Assembly: GCA_002501605.1 (NCBI GenBank)
Contig: DANW01000001.1
Coordinates: 1-61,957 of the forward strand
DNA from: Euryarchaeota archaeon UBA28
GTDB lineage: Archaea; Thermoplasmatota; Poseidoniia; Poseidoniales; Thalassarchaeaceae
Direction of reading: 5' to 3'
DNA: 61,957 bases
In this document: one piece after another, positions 18,755-29,157 of the stretch
Layout of the letters: each line of letters starts with the position of its first letter
Numbering within the stretch: position 1 is the first letter of the stretch
Position numbers and translations under genes: made by a program
The notes under the pieces: generated by a model
Seen by the model: only the letters and a program-made list of their open reading frames with translations
Told to the model about the DNA's origin: nothing
Database searches by the model: none

Positions 18755-20785
18755 ATGGAGCCCATGGGGGACGTCTCTAAACCCTCATCTCTAGATGCTG
18801 ATGCTCTTGGTTTTATGTGTGGTTTGGAGATCCACCAACAACTTGCCACGGGTAAGTTACATTCCCGAATGCCGAGCCAACTCTACGAATTTGGAATTGA
18901 TGACATTCCAGAACAATGGAGGACTTCGGAGAGGAGACTCAGGGCATCACAAGGAGAGAGCGGTGAAATTGACGTTGCTGCAAGATTCGAACAGAGAAGA
19001 AATAGGACGTTCGTTTATGTCCAACCCCCAAATGCTGGACTCATTGAGTTGGACGAGGCTCCACCATTGCCCCATGATTCTGAGGCAGTAGATGCAGTGC
19101 TAATGATGTCAGCAATGTTGGAAGCGAAGCCTGCTCCCTCTCTGCAACCCATGAGAAAGACAGTTGTGGATGGATCAAACACCAGTGGTTTCCAGAGAAC
19201 AACGCTGGTGTCAACAAATGGAAATCTAAGGACTGAAGGAGGGGATGTTGGAATCTCGGTAATATGCTTGGAAGAGGACTCAGCTAGAAAATTGCAGTCC
19301 AGATCTACATCCGAGGGAGAAATCGTCACATACACATTAGATAGATTGGGACTCCCCTTGGTTGAGATTGCAACGGACCCAGATATAACCAGTCCTGAGC
19401 ATGCCAAGCAGTCCGCTCTTGCCCTAGGCTCACTTCTCAGAGATACCAGGATGGTTAGAAGAGGGCTTGGCTCGATAAGACAGGATCTGAATGTCAGCGT
19501 CGCTTGCGGAGACAGGGTAGAGATCAAGGGGTGCCAAGACCTTGATTGGATACCCAGGATAATCAGAGTTGAGATGGCAAGGCAGTTGCACATGTACCGA
19601 ATGGCAAACCTCCTTAGGAAACAGGCAAACCTCCCACCACTACCTCCTGACAGAAAAGATACAGAGGTGACTATTGAGAACAGGGTCGCTATAGCCGCAA
19701 GATCTAGATTACGGATGGAAATCCAGGATATCGCAGAACCCCTTTCTGCCTGCGAATCTAAAATCGTCAGGGATGCAATTTCCAATGGGTCTTCGACCTT
19801 AGCCGTCAGGCTACCCGGGTTCTCGGGAAAGCTCGGGTCAAAGGAGCTCGACTCTGAGGGCTCCCAACTACCAAGACTAGGCAGAGAACTTGCCAGTGCG
19901 GCAAAATTGGCCGGAGTAGCAGGAATTTTCCACTCCGATGAGTTACCAGCTTACGGTATTTCAGAGAACGATGTCAATGCAATCGAGGAATTCCTGGGGA
20001 TTTCCGAAGACGACGCCTTTGCTTTTTGCGTGGCTCCGCATTGGCAGGCAAAACTCGCGATGGAAGCCGTTATCCTCAGATCTAGGCTGGCGTATCATAG
20101 AATCCCCAAGGAAGTGAGGAATGTCATCATCAGAAAGGGACAGCCTGAGGACGGTACTACTAGTGCCCTAAGGCCTCTCCCCGGTGGAGCGAGAATGTAT
20201 CCAGAAACCGACATACCAATTCAAGAGATTACTACCGAAAGATGGGAAGAAATATGTGCTAATCTCCCCCTATCATCTGAGGAGAGGATGAAGAGGCTCA
20301 GTACACTAGATATATCCCCTAATCAAGCTGAAGCCATCCTCAATGCAGAGATGGATGATATTCTAATTGATGGGATAGAGGGAGAATTATCACTTCCTGC
20401 CAAGGCGTGGGCGAGTGCTCTGCTAGAGTCAGGCATATCCAATATTCCGGCTCTTTCTGTGGCGGTACACTTGAGGGAAGAGGGAGTGATAACAAAGGAT
20501 GGAATTGATCCACTTGTCAAATCTTCGAAATCAGCCAAACCAGGAGATATGATCGAATGGATGACCTCCGAGGCCTCCCTAAGAGGATTCGTTCCTGCTG
20601 ATAGCAATGAAGTTGAAAGAGCTGTGGAAGAGGTTCTAGAAGAGAAATCTGAACTTGTCAATGAAAAGGGAATGTCCTCCATGGGCCCTCTCATGGGAGT
20701 TGTCATGGCAAAACTTGGAGGATCGGCAGATGGCAAGATAGTAAGTAAAATTCTACGTGAAAAAATCACAGAGATGGTAGAATAA
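18755..20785 (+). CDS. gatE: Glu-tRNA(Gln) amidotransferase subunit E
   Basis: GLEIHQQL, MRKTVVDGSNTSGFQRT, LDRLGLPLVEI, IRQDLNVS, RPLPGGARMYPETD; start uncertain. Confidence 0.97.
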   Translation: MEPMGDVSKPSSLDADALGFMCGLEIHQQLATGKLHSRMPSQLYEFGIDDIPEQWRTSERRLRASQGESGEIDVAARFEQRRNRTFVYVQPPNAGLIELDEAPPLPHDSEAVDAVLMMSAMLEAKPAPSLQPMRKTVVDGSNTSGFQRTTLVSTNGNLRTEGGDVGISVICLEEDSARKLQSRSTSEGEIVTYTLDRLGLPLVEIATDPDITSPEHAKQSALALGSLLRDTRMVRRGLGSIRQDLNVSVACGDRVEIKGCQDLDWIPRIIRVEMARQLHMYRMANLLRKQANLPPLPPDRKDTEVTIENRVAIAARSRLRMEIQDIAEPLSACESKIVRDAISNGSSTLAVRLPGFSGKLGSKELDSEGSQLPRLGRELASAAKLAGVAGIFHSDELPAYGISENDVNAIEEFLGISEDDAFAFCVAPHWQAKLAMEAVILRSRLAYHRIPKEVRNVIIRKGQPEDGTTSALRPLPGGARMYPETDIPIQEITTERWEEICANLPLSSEERMKRLSTLDISPNQAEAILNAEMDDILIDGIEGELSLPAKAWASALLESGISNIPALSVAVHLREEGVITKDGIDPLVKSSKSAKPGDMIEWMTSEASLRGFVPADSNEVERAVEEVLEEKSELVNEKGMSSMGPLMGVVMAKLGGSADGKIVSKILREKITEMVE

Positions 20786-20857
20786 TAGAAACTATTAGTC
20801 GAGATTCTCAATTTTATTAGCATAGTTAAATTACCGGCTTCCAATCGCTAGGAATCC

Positions 20858-21412
20858 ATGTCCGACCGAATCAAACCAGCCTCGATTATTTTACTCGTGA
20901 TAGTAGTTGTCTCACTGCCATTTCTCCAAGACTCAGTTAACGATGAGGCGGCTAAATTTGTTAGTGACAGCGAGTCGTCTCATGACGGCCTACCAACTGA
21001 GTGGGACGGGAAGCAGGTAATCTGTATTTTCTTCCCAGAAAGCAATACCCATCACGAGTTCTCAACTGGCGTGACTATGATAGATTCAGACGGTGAAACA
21101 ATAGGAGTAAACGATGCCCTTAATTCAACCGGGGCATGTGTTGGGGGATTCGAGGGATATGAACAGGGGATGGATTTCATGATGGATGCAACAAGGGTCG
21201 CTGGAGGCCTACTTTCCGTCGGATACACAATGGATCCCAATTGGGGGCCGTTCGTCCACACCATAGGAGGGCTGAACGTGGATGAGGTTCAAGGAGATTT
21301 CAATGGTGCCTACTGGAGTCTGAGCCACAACGGAGAATATTCCATGGTCGGAATTGGAGATCTGACCATGTCCCAAGGCGATGTAATATCTTGGGAGATA
21401 GCAACATGGTGA
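20858..21412 (+). CDS. exported DUF4430/transcobalamin-beta-like protein
   Basis: N-terminal TM/signal; C-terminal WGPFVHTIGG...YWSLSHNGEYSMVGIGDLTMSQGDVISW. Confidence 0.75.
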   Translation: MSDRIKPASIILLVIVVVSLPFLQDSVNDEAAKFVSDSESSHDGLPTEWDGKQVICIFFPESNTHHEFSTGVTMIDSDGETIGVNDALNSTGACVGGFEGYEQGMDFMMDATRVAGGLLSVGYTMDPNWGPFVHTIGGLNVDEVQGDFNGAYWSLSHNGEYSMVGIGDLTMSQGDVISWEIATW

Positions 21413-21471
21413 ATGAGTTAGAGGCGTAATCATGAATAGATGCACCCTTCTATCGAGGTAGGAGTGGTACA

Positions 21472-22122
21472 ATGTTAGACGCGCACGCTGTGGTACTATC
21501 GCCAATTGAAACGCTCTTCCTGAACCTCTCGTTATTGTGTATTGTTGCTTGGCCGATGTGGATTGCTGGGAAGTCTCTCAGACCTGGAAATGACCTCGCA
21601 ATACTAGCCTTACTCGCTCTATTCGCTACATCAGGCAGGATTCTTCTGGATCCTCTACCCAACATCCAACCCGTAACCGTCGTAGTCCTTCTCGTCGGAG
21701 TTCACTATGGAGTATCAAGGTCAGTAGCTTTCGCATCAGTTGTTGCAATATCTTCCAATCTAGTGTTGGGTCACGGAATATGGACCCTTTACCAGGCGTT
21801 AGCTTGGTCCTTAGTCGGAATAACCGGCTCCCTGCTGTCAGGAATATTCCGAAATGGAACTACAATCTCCATCAAACGTGTGGGGGTCGTAGCCTTTGTT
21901 GCAGGCTTTGCATTTGACTGGGTGGTCTCGATTAGCGCCCTTCACTCCATACCCCTGGAGAGCTTCCCAGTGTACCTAATGGTGGGTCTTCCATTCGACT
22001 TGGTTCATGCTACAGGAAATCTAGTGTTTGCTGCATGGCTTTCTGTGCCACTTTCAGAGATAATGACCAGACAATCTCCTCAGAGTAAGGCGGTGGTGGA
22101 ACCTGTCAAAAACGCCTCCTGA
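21472..22122 (+). CDS. ECF transporter S component, CbrT-like (cobalamin)
   Basis: GRILL..LPNIQPVT, SNLVLGHGIWTLYQ..AW, GLPFDLVHATGN; multi-TM. Confidence 0.82.
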   Translation: MLDAHAVVLSPIETLFLNLSLLCIVAWPMWIAGKSLRPGNDLAILALLALFATSGRILLDPLPNIQPVTVVVLLVGVHYGVSRSVAFASVVAISSNLVLGHGIWTLYQALAWSLVGITGSLLSGIFRNGTTISIKRVGVVAFVAGFAFDWVVSISALHSIPLESFPVYLMVGLPFDLVHATGNLVFAAWLSVPLSEIMTRQSPQSKAVVEPVKNAS

Positions 22123-22129
22123 GCTTACT

Positions 22130-22474
22130 ATGGTCTTAGTGACCAGGGCCGATCTGAATCTTTCCAAGGGAAAGATGGCAGCACAGTGTGGACACGCTGT
22201 CTCCGAGTGCATACTCAAGGCAAGCTCCAATGATGCAAATCTTCTGAAGAGATACCTTGGCAACGGGGCAAGGAAAATTGTAGTGGCCGCACCTCATTTG
22301 GAGGCCCTCAGGAGGATTTACGGGGAAGCAGCGGAGAGCGGAATAATTTGTTCTATGATAAAGGACGCGGGACACACAGAGATTCCACCTGGAACAATAA
22401 CGGTAGTGGGGATTGGTCCCGGAATTAGAAGCGATATCGACTCAATAACGAGAAGCCTGCCCCTTGTTAAGTGA
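22130..22474 (+). CDS. pth2: peptidyl-tRNA hydrolase Pth2
   Basis: LSKGKMAAQCGHA, KIVV, DAGHTEIPPGT.TVVGIGP. Confidence 0.96.
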   Translation: MVLVTRADLNLSKGKMAAQCGHAVSECILKASSNDANLLKRYLGNGARKIVVAAPHLEALRRIYGEAAESGIICSMIKDAGHTEIPPGTITVVGIGPGIRSDIDSITRSLPLVK

Positions 22475-22496
22475 TAATTATTGAATATTTGAAATC

Positions 22497-22528
22497 GGCA
22501 GACTGGGAGGAAAGCCCCCCAGCCCGCC
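22497..22528 (-). terminator. 14-bp RNA hairpin 3' of the MIP-like gene
   Basis: Minus strand GGCGGGCTGGGGGG-CTTT-CCTCCCAGTCTGCC; three G-U pairs make it strand-specific. Confidence 0.65.
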
Positions 22529-22557
22529 TTACGAATATTCTGTAATGGTTTACAGAC

Positions 22558-23229
22558 TCACTTAAATTGCTCATCGACCTTGACAGCAACTAGTGCTCCA
22601 ATACCGCACATAAGACCATCAACTACCCAAGCCTGAGCGATCTGAACTATCTCATGACCCTCACTAAATAGAGATGATGCCATTTCACCAGCACCAGTTG
22701 TGGTCGAGGATCCTGAAGCCATTATTGCAACTCCATCAGCATCAGCTCCCACTACCATACTCCAATCATAGGACATCCCCATCATCCCTGCTAGAGCCAT
22801 GACGGCAAATCCACTCACCCAAGCCGATTCGGCTCTGGTGTGAATAGTCCAGAATATTGCGCCTGCGGCAATCATAGTAATTGCACCCCACGCATCAGGA
22901 GCTTCGAATCCGGGCTGAATAGTCTCCCAGGGAGAGTCTAGAGCACCCATTTCTGATAACAGGGCTATGGCCAAACCGGCTCCCACGACCTGAGCTAGCA
23001 ATCTCATACCGTTAGGCATCCAGTTACCTTCAGTATCGCCAAGGTCACCTGTCATTATGTGCATCCATGTTATCACTGGTAGCACATGAGCCCCGGAGAA
23101 TGTCATCCAAACTGCAGCCATCAAGACGGCCGCGGTAAGGTCCCATTCCATTCCAATTCCGATCACGAGCCATGCTACTGCGAAGGCACCGCCGATCTCT
23201 GCTTTCATTGCGTTCATATCTATATCCAT
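22558..23229 (-). CDS. divergent MIP/aquaporin-fold membrane protein
   Basis: AEIGGAF (helix 1 AEF), SGAHVLPVIT (SGxHxNPAVT), LLAQVVGA (AQxxGA); GAGGA SD. Confidence 0.75.
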   Translation of the reverse strand: MDIDMNAMKAEIGGAFAVAWLVIGIGMEWDLTAAVLMAAVWMTFSGAHVLPVITWMHIMTGDLGDTEGNWMPNGMRLLAQVVGAGLAIALLSEMGALDSPWETIQPGFEAPDAWGAITMIAAGAIFWTIHTRAESAWVSGFAVMALAGMMGMSYDWSMVVGADADGVAIMASGSSTTTGAGEMASSLFSEGHEIVQIAQAWVVDGLMCGIGALVAVKVDEQFK

Positions 23230-23475
23230 TTTTTTTCCTCCTCACTCAGTGAGCAGTTGCCCACATGACTCATATCTTATAACTAAGTCCCATAAAAAGA
23301 CCGAAAAAACGCTATTTTAAGACATTCAAGAATTTGCCAGTGTAATTTACAACACCTGATTACTAAAATAATATCTAGTGTCTTATAATTTATATGTAAA
23401 TTTTCAGTTCCGGGCACTGATCGGGTGAATTCCACCCGCCCATGTTTGATATGCGGCCCCCGCCTGCGGGTCCCT

Positions 23476-24525
23476 ATGCGCCACTATCCTAGTGACGGTG
23501 TGGACCTCAGGAGCGACACTGTAACTCAGCCAACACCCGGGATGAGGGATGCTATGTCCGCAGCTAGCGTAGGAGACGATGTCCTTGGCGATGACCAGAC
23601 AGTCATCGAGTTACAGGAGAGGGTGGCACGGATGTTTGGCAAAGAGGAAGCACTCTTCGTGCCCTCGGGTACTATGTCAAACGCAATAGCTATCAGGGCT
23701 CAGACAGAACCTGGTGACGAAGTTATCACCCAGAGGCACAGCCATATTTATGTGTATGAAGGAGGAGGTTATGCCGCACTTTCAGGTTGTTCCATAGCTC
23801 TGGTCCCCGGGAAAGATGGTATCATGTCCCCGAAGGATGTAGAATCTGCAATCAGGAAGGGCGATGGTAGCCTCGGCCACTACCCAAACGGAAGTATGGT
23901 ATGTGTCGAGAATACATCCAACAGAGGAGGAGGTACTTGTTATTCGTTAGATGAGCTAGATGAGATTGCAAAGGTCGCCAAGGACAACAACTGCAAATCT
24001 CACATCGATGGTGCTAGGATATTCAATGCATCAGTATCTTCTTCACTGAGCACTGAAAGGATGGCAAGAGGCTACGACACAATCTCAGTTTGTCTGAGCA
24101 AGGGTCTGGGCGCACCAGTCGGTAGCGTGCTCGTTGGCCCTTCAGATACGCTCTACAAGGCGCACAGATGGAGGAAGATGTTCGGAGGGGGGATGCGTCA
24201 AGCAGGAGTTTTAGCCGCTGCGGGAATATATGCACTGGACAATAACATCGGCAGACTATCCCAAGATCACGTTAGGGCGAGAGAAATCGCATCAGCAGTT
24301 AGTGATATGGATTCTTACACTGTCAATATGAACCAAGTACAGACAAACATGGTCTACGTTGGTTGCGAGGGGGGGGATTCTGAAAATTTAGTGAGACGAC
24401 TGGAAGACAGAGGAATCAAGACTCTTACGATTGATGACTCCACAATCAGGATAGTCACACATCTTCATATCACAGATAATGATGTACAGAAGACGATAGA
24501 AGCTTTAGAATCAGCACAAATATGA
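23476..24525 (+). CDS. ltaE: low-specificity L-threonine aldolase
   Basis: [54 protein letters not shown]. Confidence 0.95.
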   Translation: MRHYPSDGVDLRSDTVTQPTPGMRDAMSAASVGDDVLGDDQTVIELQERVARMFGKEEALFVPSGTMSNAIAIRAQTEPGDEVITQRHSHIYVYEGGGYAALSGCSIALVPGKDGIMSPKDVESAIRKGDGSLGHYPNGSMVCVENTSNRGGGTCYSLDELDEIAKVAKDNNCKSHIDGARIFNASVSSSLSTERMARGYDTISVCLSKGLGAPVGSVLVGPSDTLYKAHRWRKMFGGGMRQAGVLAAAGIYALDNNIGRLSQDHVRAREIASAVSDMDSYTVNMNQVQTNMVYVGCEGGDSENLVRRLEDRGIKTLTIDDSTIRIVTHLHITDNDVQKTIEALESAQI

Positions 24526-24561
24526 GCAACTGTTCAATAATGGCTTCTGTCAGCAAGGCTC

Positions 24562-25509
24562 ATGAGGAGCGTCCTTGCCATACTAATGGCGGCTATAATA
24601 CTCATACCAGTGCAAGTGAGTGGAGCCACAGGCCTTTTTTGGGACCATGCAAGGTACGACTCAGATGGTATCCCAATCGAGGGAGGCGTTCTAGGGTACG
24701 GTATTGATTGGAATTTAACCTCCAACAACGGATTATCCGAACAAGAATTCATCTCTAATGTCGAATCTATGCCAACAATAGTTGAGGTGTATACCGCAAC
24801 ATGGTGTGTTAATTGTGTTTCGACTCAAAATACTCTAAATGACGCCATAGGCGACTCGGACACAGAGATTATTCACTACCATAGTTACTGGTATGACTCT
24901 CTTGACCCATTTGGTAATGATAGTACCGAGGAACGATGGGAATCAAAGTATGGCCATGCGTCCGCGCTAAGACTAACCCCGAGAGATGCGCCCACCAAGG
25001 TTGTTGATGGTGAGAGATTCCATTGGGGCAAGGTTCCCAAGTCTGACTCCCTTCTAGATGACTACTCTGCCTCAGTATCCAGAGGCTCAACAGCACCCCT
25101 ATCCGGTAGCCTTACATTCAAAATTTCACAAACTCAGTACTCATTGATGGTCGGATGGAACATATCTTCGATTAGCAATCACGTCACCACAGGAGACCTC
25201 TCGATTGAACCATGGTTGCTTCTCGTCGAAGAATCATCATACTACCCAGACGGCCTTAACAACCTGGAAAATTACAAACACGTCCTACTAGATGCCATAC
25301 CCTTGGAATCTGAGACTGAGAATCACGGAACTTCAAATGTAACTTTACCAACTCTATGGGACGGAGACGACTTAAAGATCATCATGCTCTTAGATTGGTC
25401 GATAATTTCAATGGAAGGACCGGCGACTTTGTTACCAGCTCCGGGTGTGATGTTGACACTCTCCTCACTATTCGCTATGGCAGTCGTAAGACCCCCGAGA
25501 ACGCATTAA
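24562..25509 (+). CDS. exported thioredoxin-fold (Omp28-like) protein with C-terminal anchor
   Basis: Signal peptide; VEVYTATWCVNC; cis-Pro-like APT..VDG; tail LPAPG + hydrophobic + basic. Confidence 0.72.
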   Translation: MRSVLAILMAAIILIPVQVSGATGLFWDHARYDSDGIPIEGGVLGYGIDWNLTSNNGLSEQEFISNVESMPTIVEVYTATWCVNCVSTQNTLNDAIGDSDTEIIHYHSYWYDSLDPFGNDSTEERWESKYGHASALRLTPRDAPTKVVDGERFHWGKVPKSDSLLDDYSASVSRGSTAPLSGSLTFKISQTQYSLMVGWNISSISNHVTTGDLSIEPWLLLVEESSYYPDGLNNLENYKHVLLDAIPLESETENHGTSNVTLPTLWDGDDLKIIMLLDWSIISMEGPATLLPAPGVMLTLSSLFAMAVVRPPRTH

Positions 25510-25575
25510 TTGCCAATTCTGACAGTTGGGTTGAATAACCCCCGCAGTGCTTGGGAAATGCTAGGAGGTCGTTGA

Positions 25576-28500
25576 ATGAACTTGAATAGAGAGTCGATCA
25601 CCACCGAAGAGACACCTCCTGGAAGATTTCCAGAGTGGCTCTTTTCTCACATAGTCAACCAGGCTTTAGATCCAAGGCCCGTATCTGAGGGAGGGTACTC
25701 CAAGATTCTAGTCCTGTACCCAAACGAGGAGAGTAAGAGGGAGATAATGGCCCGCATGAGTGATATCGGATTTGCCTTTGACAGGACACTTCATCACACC
25801 TTGGACTCTCTCAAATCCTCCCTAATGAATGATCTCAGACTTCCTAGGAAGATCGCGTTGGATCCTGCATTCCACAGGATATTACACGACTACTGCGCAA
25901 TGAAGGCATCTAAGCTATTCTTCCCTTTAATCAACCCACTTCCCAATATGGCATGGGGGCCGGGCAAGACCTTGGCTCTATCACAATTGCATTCCTTCCT
26001 TTCAGAGGAGCAGGCTGTAGAGTCTTGGAAAGGCCCGGGGGTCAACTCGTTCACCGAAATACTTCGGGAATTAGAGGGTAAGATCGGTGGCACACATCCC
26101 GATTTCCTAACCTCTAGAATCATAAATGGCACAGAGGCGGGAATTACACCATTCACTCTTCTGGATATTGACGGAATAATAATGCTCGACCACGCTCCCT
26201 CAATGACGAGATCTAACACCAAACTACTCCTCAAACTGTCCCGGATTAAGCCAATTCACCAACTTACCTACCCGGGAAGCTACAGATTAGGCCATCACGG
26301 CGCTCAGATACAAGATACATACCCCATAACAAGAACAGATGATTTGCCTTGGTGGATTCCAAAACATCGGATATCCAAAGACAAGGAAGACCCGGAAATA
26401 GAAAGGATACTAGTCAATTCTGAAGAACAGTCATTTGAGGCCGCAATCAAGATTGCAAAGAGTGTTATGGATGAAGATAGCAAATCTACAGTGATGATAA
26501 TCGATCCAGCATTTGAAGAGAATCAAGCGAAATGGAAGAAAATGAGTCACAATATCGGTATTCCATCCACCGGAATAAAGCAACCGATTACATCATCCCC
26601 CATTGGACATTGGATTCATGAGTTGGCCAATCTGGGAAGTGGCCCAAACGCATTCTCAATGGAGAGACTCCGGCTAATTGCACTGCAAGACTCACTAAAT
26701 CCATTTTCTGTACACTCCGACATAAAAGCAGTAGGCTCATTAAGTCCAATCCCAGATATTGAACTACTGGCTAACATTGCTAGATCAGAACATATCCTTG
26801 GGGGTCAGGGAGCACTTAGAAGATGGTTGGAGGCTCTTTCAAGGACCTCGAGAATCACTGATAACGCCGAGTCGCGCGAATCCACTCACTGGTGGCTACT
26901 ATCTCTGGCCTGTTCACTAACTCCACTTTTGGAGGAGTCTGATAGGAAGATACTCTCTGACGAGAAGCTCACCAGGGGTTGCCTTTCTGGCCAGAATCTG
27001 GAAGTTACCGCGCCCCCGTCCGATGGAGATGAATGGCTACAAACGATAATCAAAAGCCTCGATTTAACCCTTCAGGAGGCATTTCTAGATGGGAACACAT
27101 TACCTCCCTCCTCCATAGTGAGCACGATAATAAATGAGCACTCAAAGCTTAGGTACTTACAGGATTCAATGGGACAGAAACCACCAAAGGGGGGCCAAGA
27201 TTGGGTTGCAGAGATATCATCAATTCTGAGAGACTCTCCTCTTCCACTACAGTCGTCTGGGATTAACTCAAGATTGAATATCCTTCCACCAGAAGCAGCC
27301 TTAGGTTGTAGTTCTGATCTAGTCATCCTGACCAATTTATCCTCATCTTCCTGGAACCTGAAGTCCCCAAAAATGCCTTTCATCGGAGAAACTGAGAGAC
27401 ATAAATTTGGATTATTGAGGCCGGATACGCCAATCAGAGATGCGAGACATCACCTGAGGCATATTGTCAACTGTGGTGAAAGGATCATCCTAATAGATCC
27501 AAGTACCGAGAAATCATCACCATTGGCATCTCCGGTGGAGGAGCTCCTTCACATGTGCAAAGATCCGATTTCCTTCAAGGGAACTAATTATGATTATCCC
27601 AGCCCCAGGGATCAAAGGCAGACTGATGGTAGACGAATAAGGGAAATGCTTCCACCTAACAAGCTTCCACTGAATCCAAGTTCGGTCACTATACCACTGG
27701 ATAGGGAGCTACAGAGAGACAGAGAGAGAAGACAGCCGAAAAAGGCTGATGAAGGAGGATACCTAAAGCCTGAGAACAGGAATAGGATTATTCAATTCAA
27801 CTATGAAGATCTCATAAGAAAGGCCCCTAAAGGTACGGAAAAACCTCGATATGCCCAAACTTGGCCGGTCATTGGAGCTTTAAGTGAGAATGGAAAGAAG
27901 ACAGCAACAATAGATCCAAGGCCATTCTCTCCATCACCGACAGGGGCTGAAGTCTCAGATGAGAGGCATGGATTCTCCTCCGGCACAAACCAGACCGTAG
28001 AGCGCTGGTCACCAAGCAGACTTCAGGAATGGGCAAGGTGCCCGAGGAGGGGCTGGATGAACAAGGGACTCAGAATAAGGGACGAGGAAGTCCAGAGTGA
28101 AGACCTTGATCCAAGAACTCAGGGTGACTTACTTCATCAGATTCATCATGATTTGATTTGTGATATCCTATCTATGGAGGAAAGAAAAGAGAGGGACATC
28201 ACAGAAGCTCTCGAAGGTGAGGCTCCAACCAACCTATCAACGTCAGAAATTCCTCCTGAGGTGCTGATGAAGAGAGCCCTTGGAAGTTTGGACAAACTAG
28301 CACCATGGTTGGAAAGAGCCGACGGAGTTTCTACTTACAGGCTCAGAATGCTAACGGGAATGGCTCGTAACGAGTGGAGGTCGTGGCTAGCAAGCCCAAA
28401 AGATACCCCCCCAGGAGGAAGAATCGGTGAACTAATTCTCTCAGAGTTGAAACTCTCCGATTCCATGCCGATAGCGATTGAATGGGATATATCCGATGGT

Positions 28501-29157
28501 AAGCCCGAAGGTACCCAGATATCCTTGGAACCCTCTGACACCAGCCCCCATCAGGTCGAGCTTCCCCCCATTTATGTGAATGGTTTCATAGACAGGGTAG
28601 ATTTGATACCTTTCGATAAAGATGGTACTGTATGGGTCGATCGAGATGGCAGTAGAGAGATAGCACCAGTAAGAGTCTCTTCAAGAAAGGACTGGAAGCC
28701 TCGTAGAAGAGTGATCATCAGAGATCTGAAAACCTCTGAGAATAAACCAGCAGATAGGAATAAGAAGGGACTATTGGAAGAGCTTCAACTAGCAATTTAC
28801 GCTAGGGCTTGGGAAGTATGCCACCCCGGGGATCTGGTGGTTGGGGCTGGCATTTCCACTATTGGTCACGAGACTAGCCATTTCCTAGAGGCCTCCCCAA
28901 ATTATTTCCCTGAAGCGACCAATTTCTCAGTGGGGGAAATATCCTCACTTACTGAGTCTCTGCACAGATTCCCAGATGAGTCCAACGAGCCATCCAGTGA
29001 CCCATTCAGGGCATGGCTCTCACAGAGGCTATCTGTATCCCTAGGAGTCTCCAAAGGGGCCCAAGAAGGGAGAGTCCATCCCACGCCTTCCAAGTCATCA
29101 TGCAGATACTGTCCGGTAAGTAGCATATGTGAGGTCAAAATGGAGGATGATTACTGA
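25576..29157 (+). CDS. AddB-like subunit: inactive helicase scaffold + C-terminal PD-(D/E)XK Fe-S nuclease
   Basis: WSPSRLQEWARCP, GDLLH, GFIDRVD, IRDLKT, LQLAIY, CRYCPVSSIC; no Walker A; 1-nt overlap with next gene. Confidence 0.85.
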   Translation: MNLNRESITTEETPPGRFPEWLFSHIVNQALDPRPVSEGGYSKILVLYPNEESKREIMARMSDIGFAFDRTLHHTLDSLKSSLMNDLRLPRKIALDPAFHRILHDYCAMKASKLFFPLINPLPNMAWGPGKTLALSQLHSFLSEEQAVESWKGPGVNSFTEILRELEGKIGGTHPDFLTSRIINGTEAGITPFTLLDIDGIIMLDHAPSMTRSNTKLLLKLSRIKPIHQLTYPGSYRLGHHGAQIQDTYPITRTDDLPWWIPKHRISKDKEDPEIERILVNSEEQSFEAAIKIAKSVMDEDSKSTVMIIDPAFEENQAKWKKMSHNIGIPSTGIKQPITSSPIGHWIHELANLGSGPNAFSMERLRLIALQDSLNPFSVHSDIKAVGSLSPIPDIELLANIARSEHILGGQGALRRWLEALSRTSRITDNAESRESTHWWLLSLACSLTPLLEESDRKILSDEKLTRGCLSGQNLEVTAPPSDGDEWLQTIIKSLDLTLQEAFLDGNTLPPSSIVSTIINEHSKLRYLQDSMGQKPPKGGQDWVAEISSILRDSPLPLQSSGINSRLNILPPEAALGCSSDLVILTNLSSSSWNLKSPKMPFIGETERHKFGLLRPDTPIRDARHHLRHIVNCGERIILIDPSTEKSSPLASPVEELLHMCKDPISFKGTNYDYPSPRDQRQTDGRRIREMLPPNKLPLNPSSVTIPLDRELQRDRERRQPKKADEGGYLKPENRNRIIQFNYEDLIRKAPKGTEKPRYAQTWPVIGALSENGKKTATIDPRPFSPSPTGAEVSDERHGFSSGTNQTVERWSPSRLQEWARCPRRGWMNKGLRIRDEEVQSEDLDPRTQGDLLHQIHHDLICDILSMEERKERDITEALEGEAPTNLSTSEIPPEVLMKRALGSLDKLAPWLERADGVSTYRLRMLTGMARNEWRSWLASPKDTPPGGRIGELILSELKLSDSMPIAIEWDISDGKPEGTQISLEPSDTSPHQVELPPIYVNGFIDRVDLIPFDKDGTVWVDRDGSREIAPVRVSSRKDWKPRRRVIIRDLKTSENKPADRNKKGLLEELQLAIYARAWEVCHPGDLVVGAGISTIGHETSHFLEASPNYFPEATNFSVGEISSLTESLHRFPDESNEPSSDPFRAWLSQRLSVSLGVSKGAQEGRVHPTPSKSSCRYCPVSSICEVKMEDDY

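Noticed and set aside
19015-19785. Long antisense ORFs (also 40673-41458, 48354-48878 and many shorter ones)
   Set aside because: Shadows of well-supported genes on the opposite strand; Ser/Ile/Pro-rich with no motifs
20786-20857. Cobalamin riboswitch before the DUF4430/ECF genes
   Set aside because: Spacer is only ~70 nt, AT-rich and lacks a B12-box
28000-29157. Cas4-like Fe-S nuclease suggesting CRISPR-Cas
   Set aside because: It is the C-terminal domain of the AddB-like subunit; no cas1 or repeat-spacer array was seen
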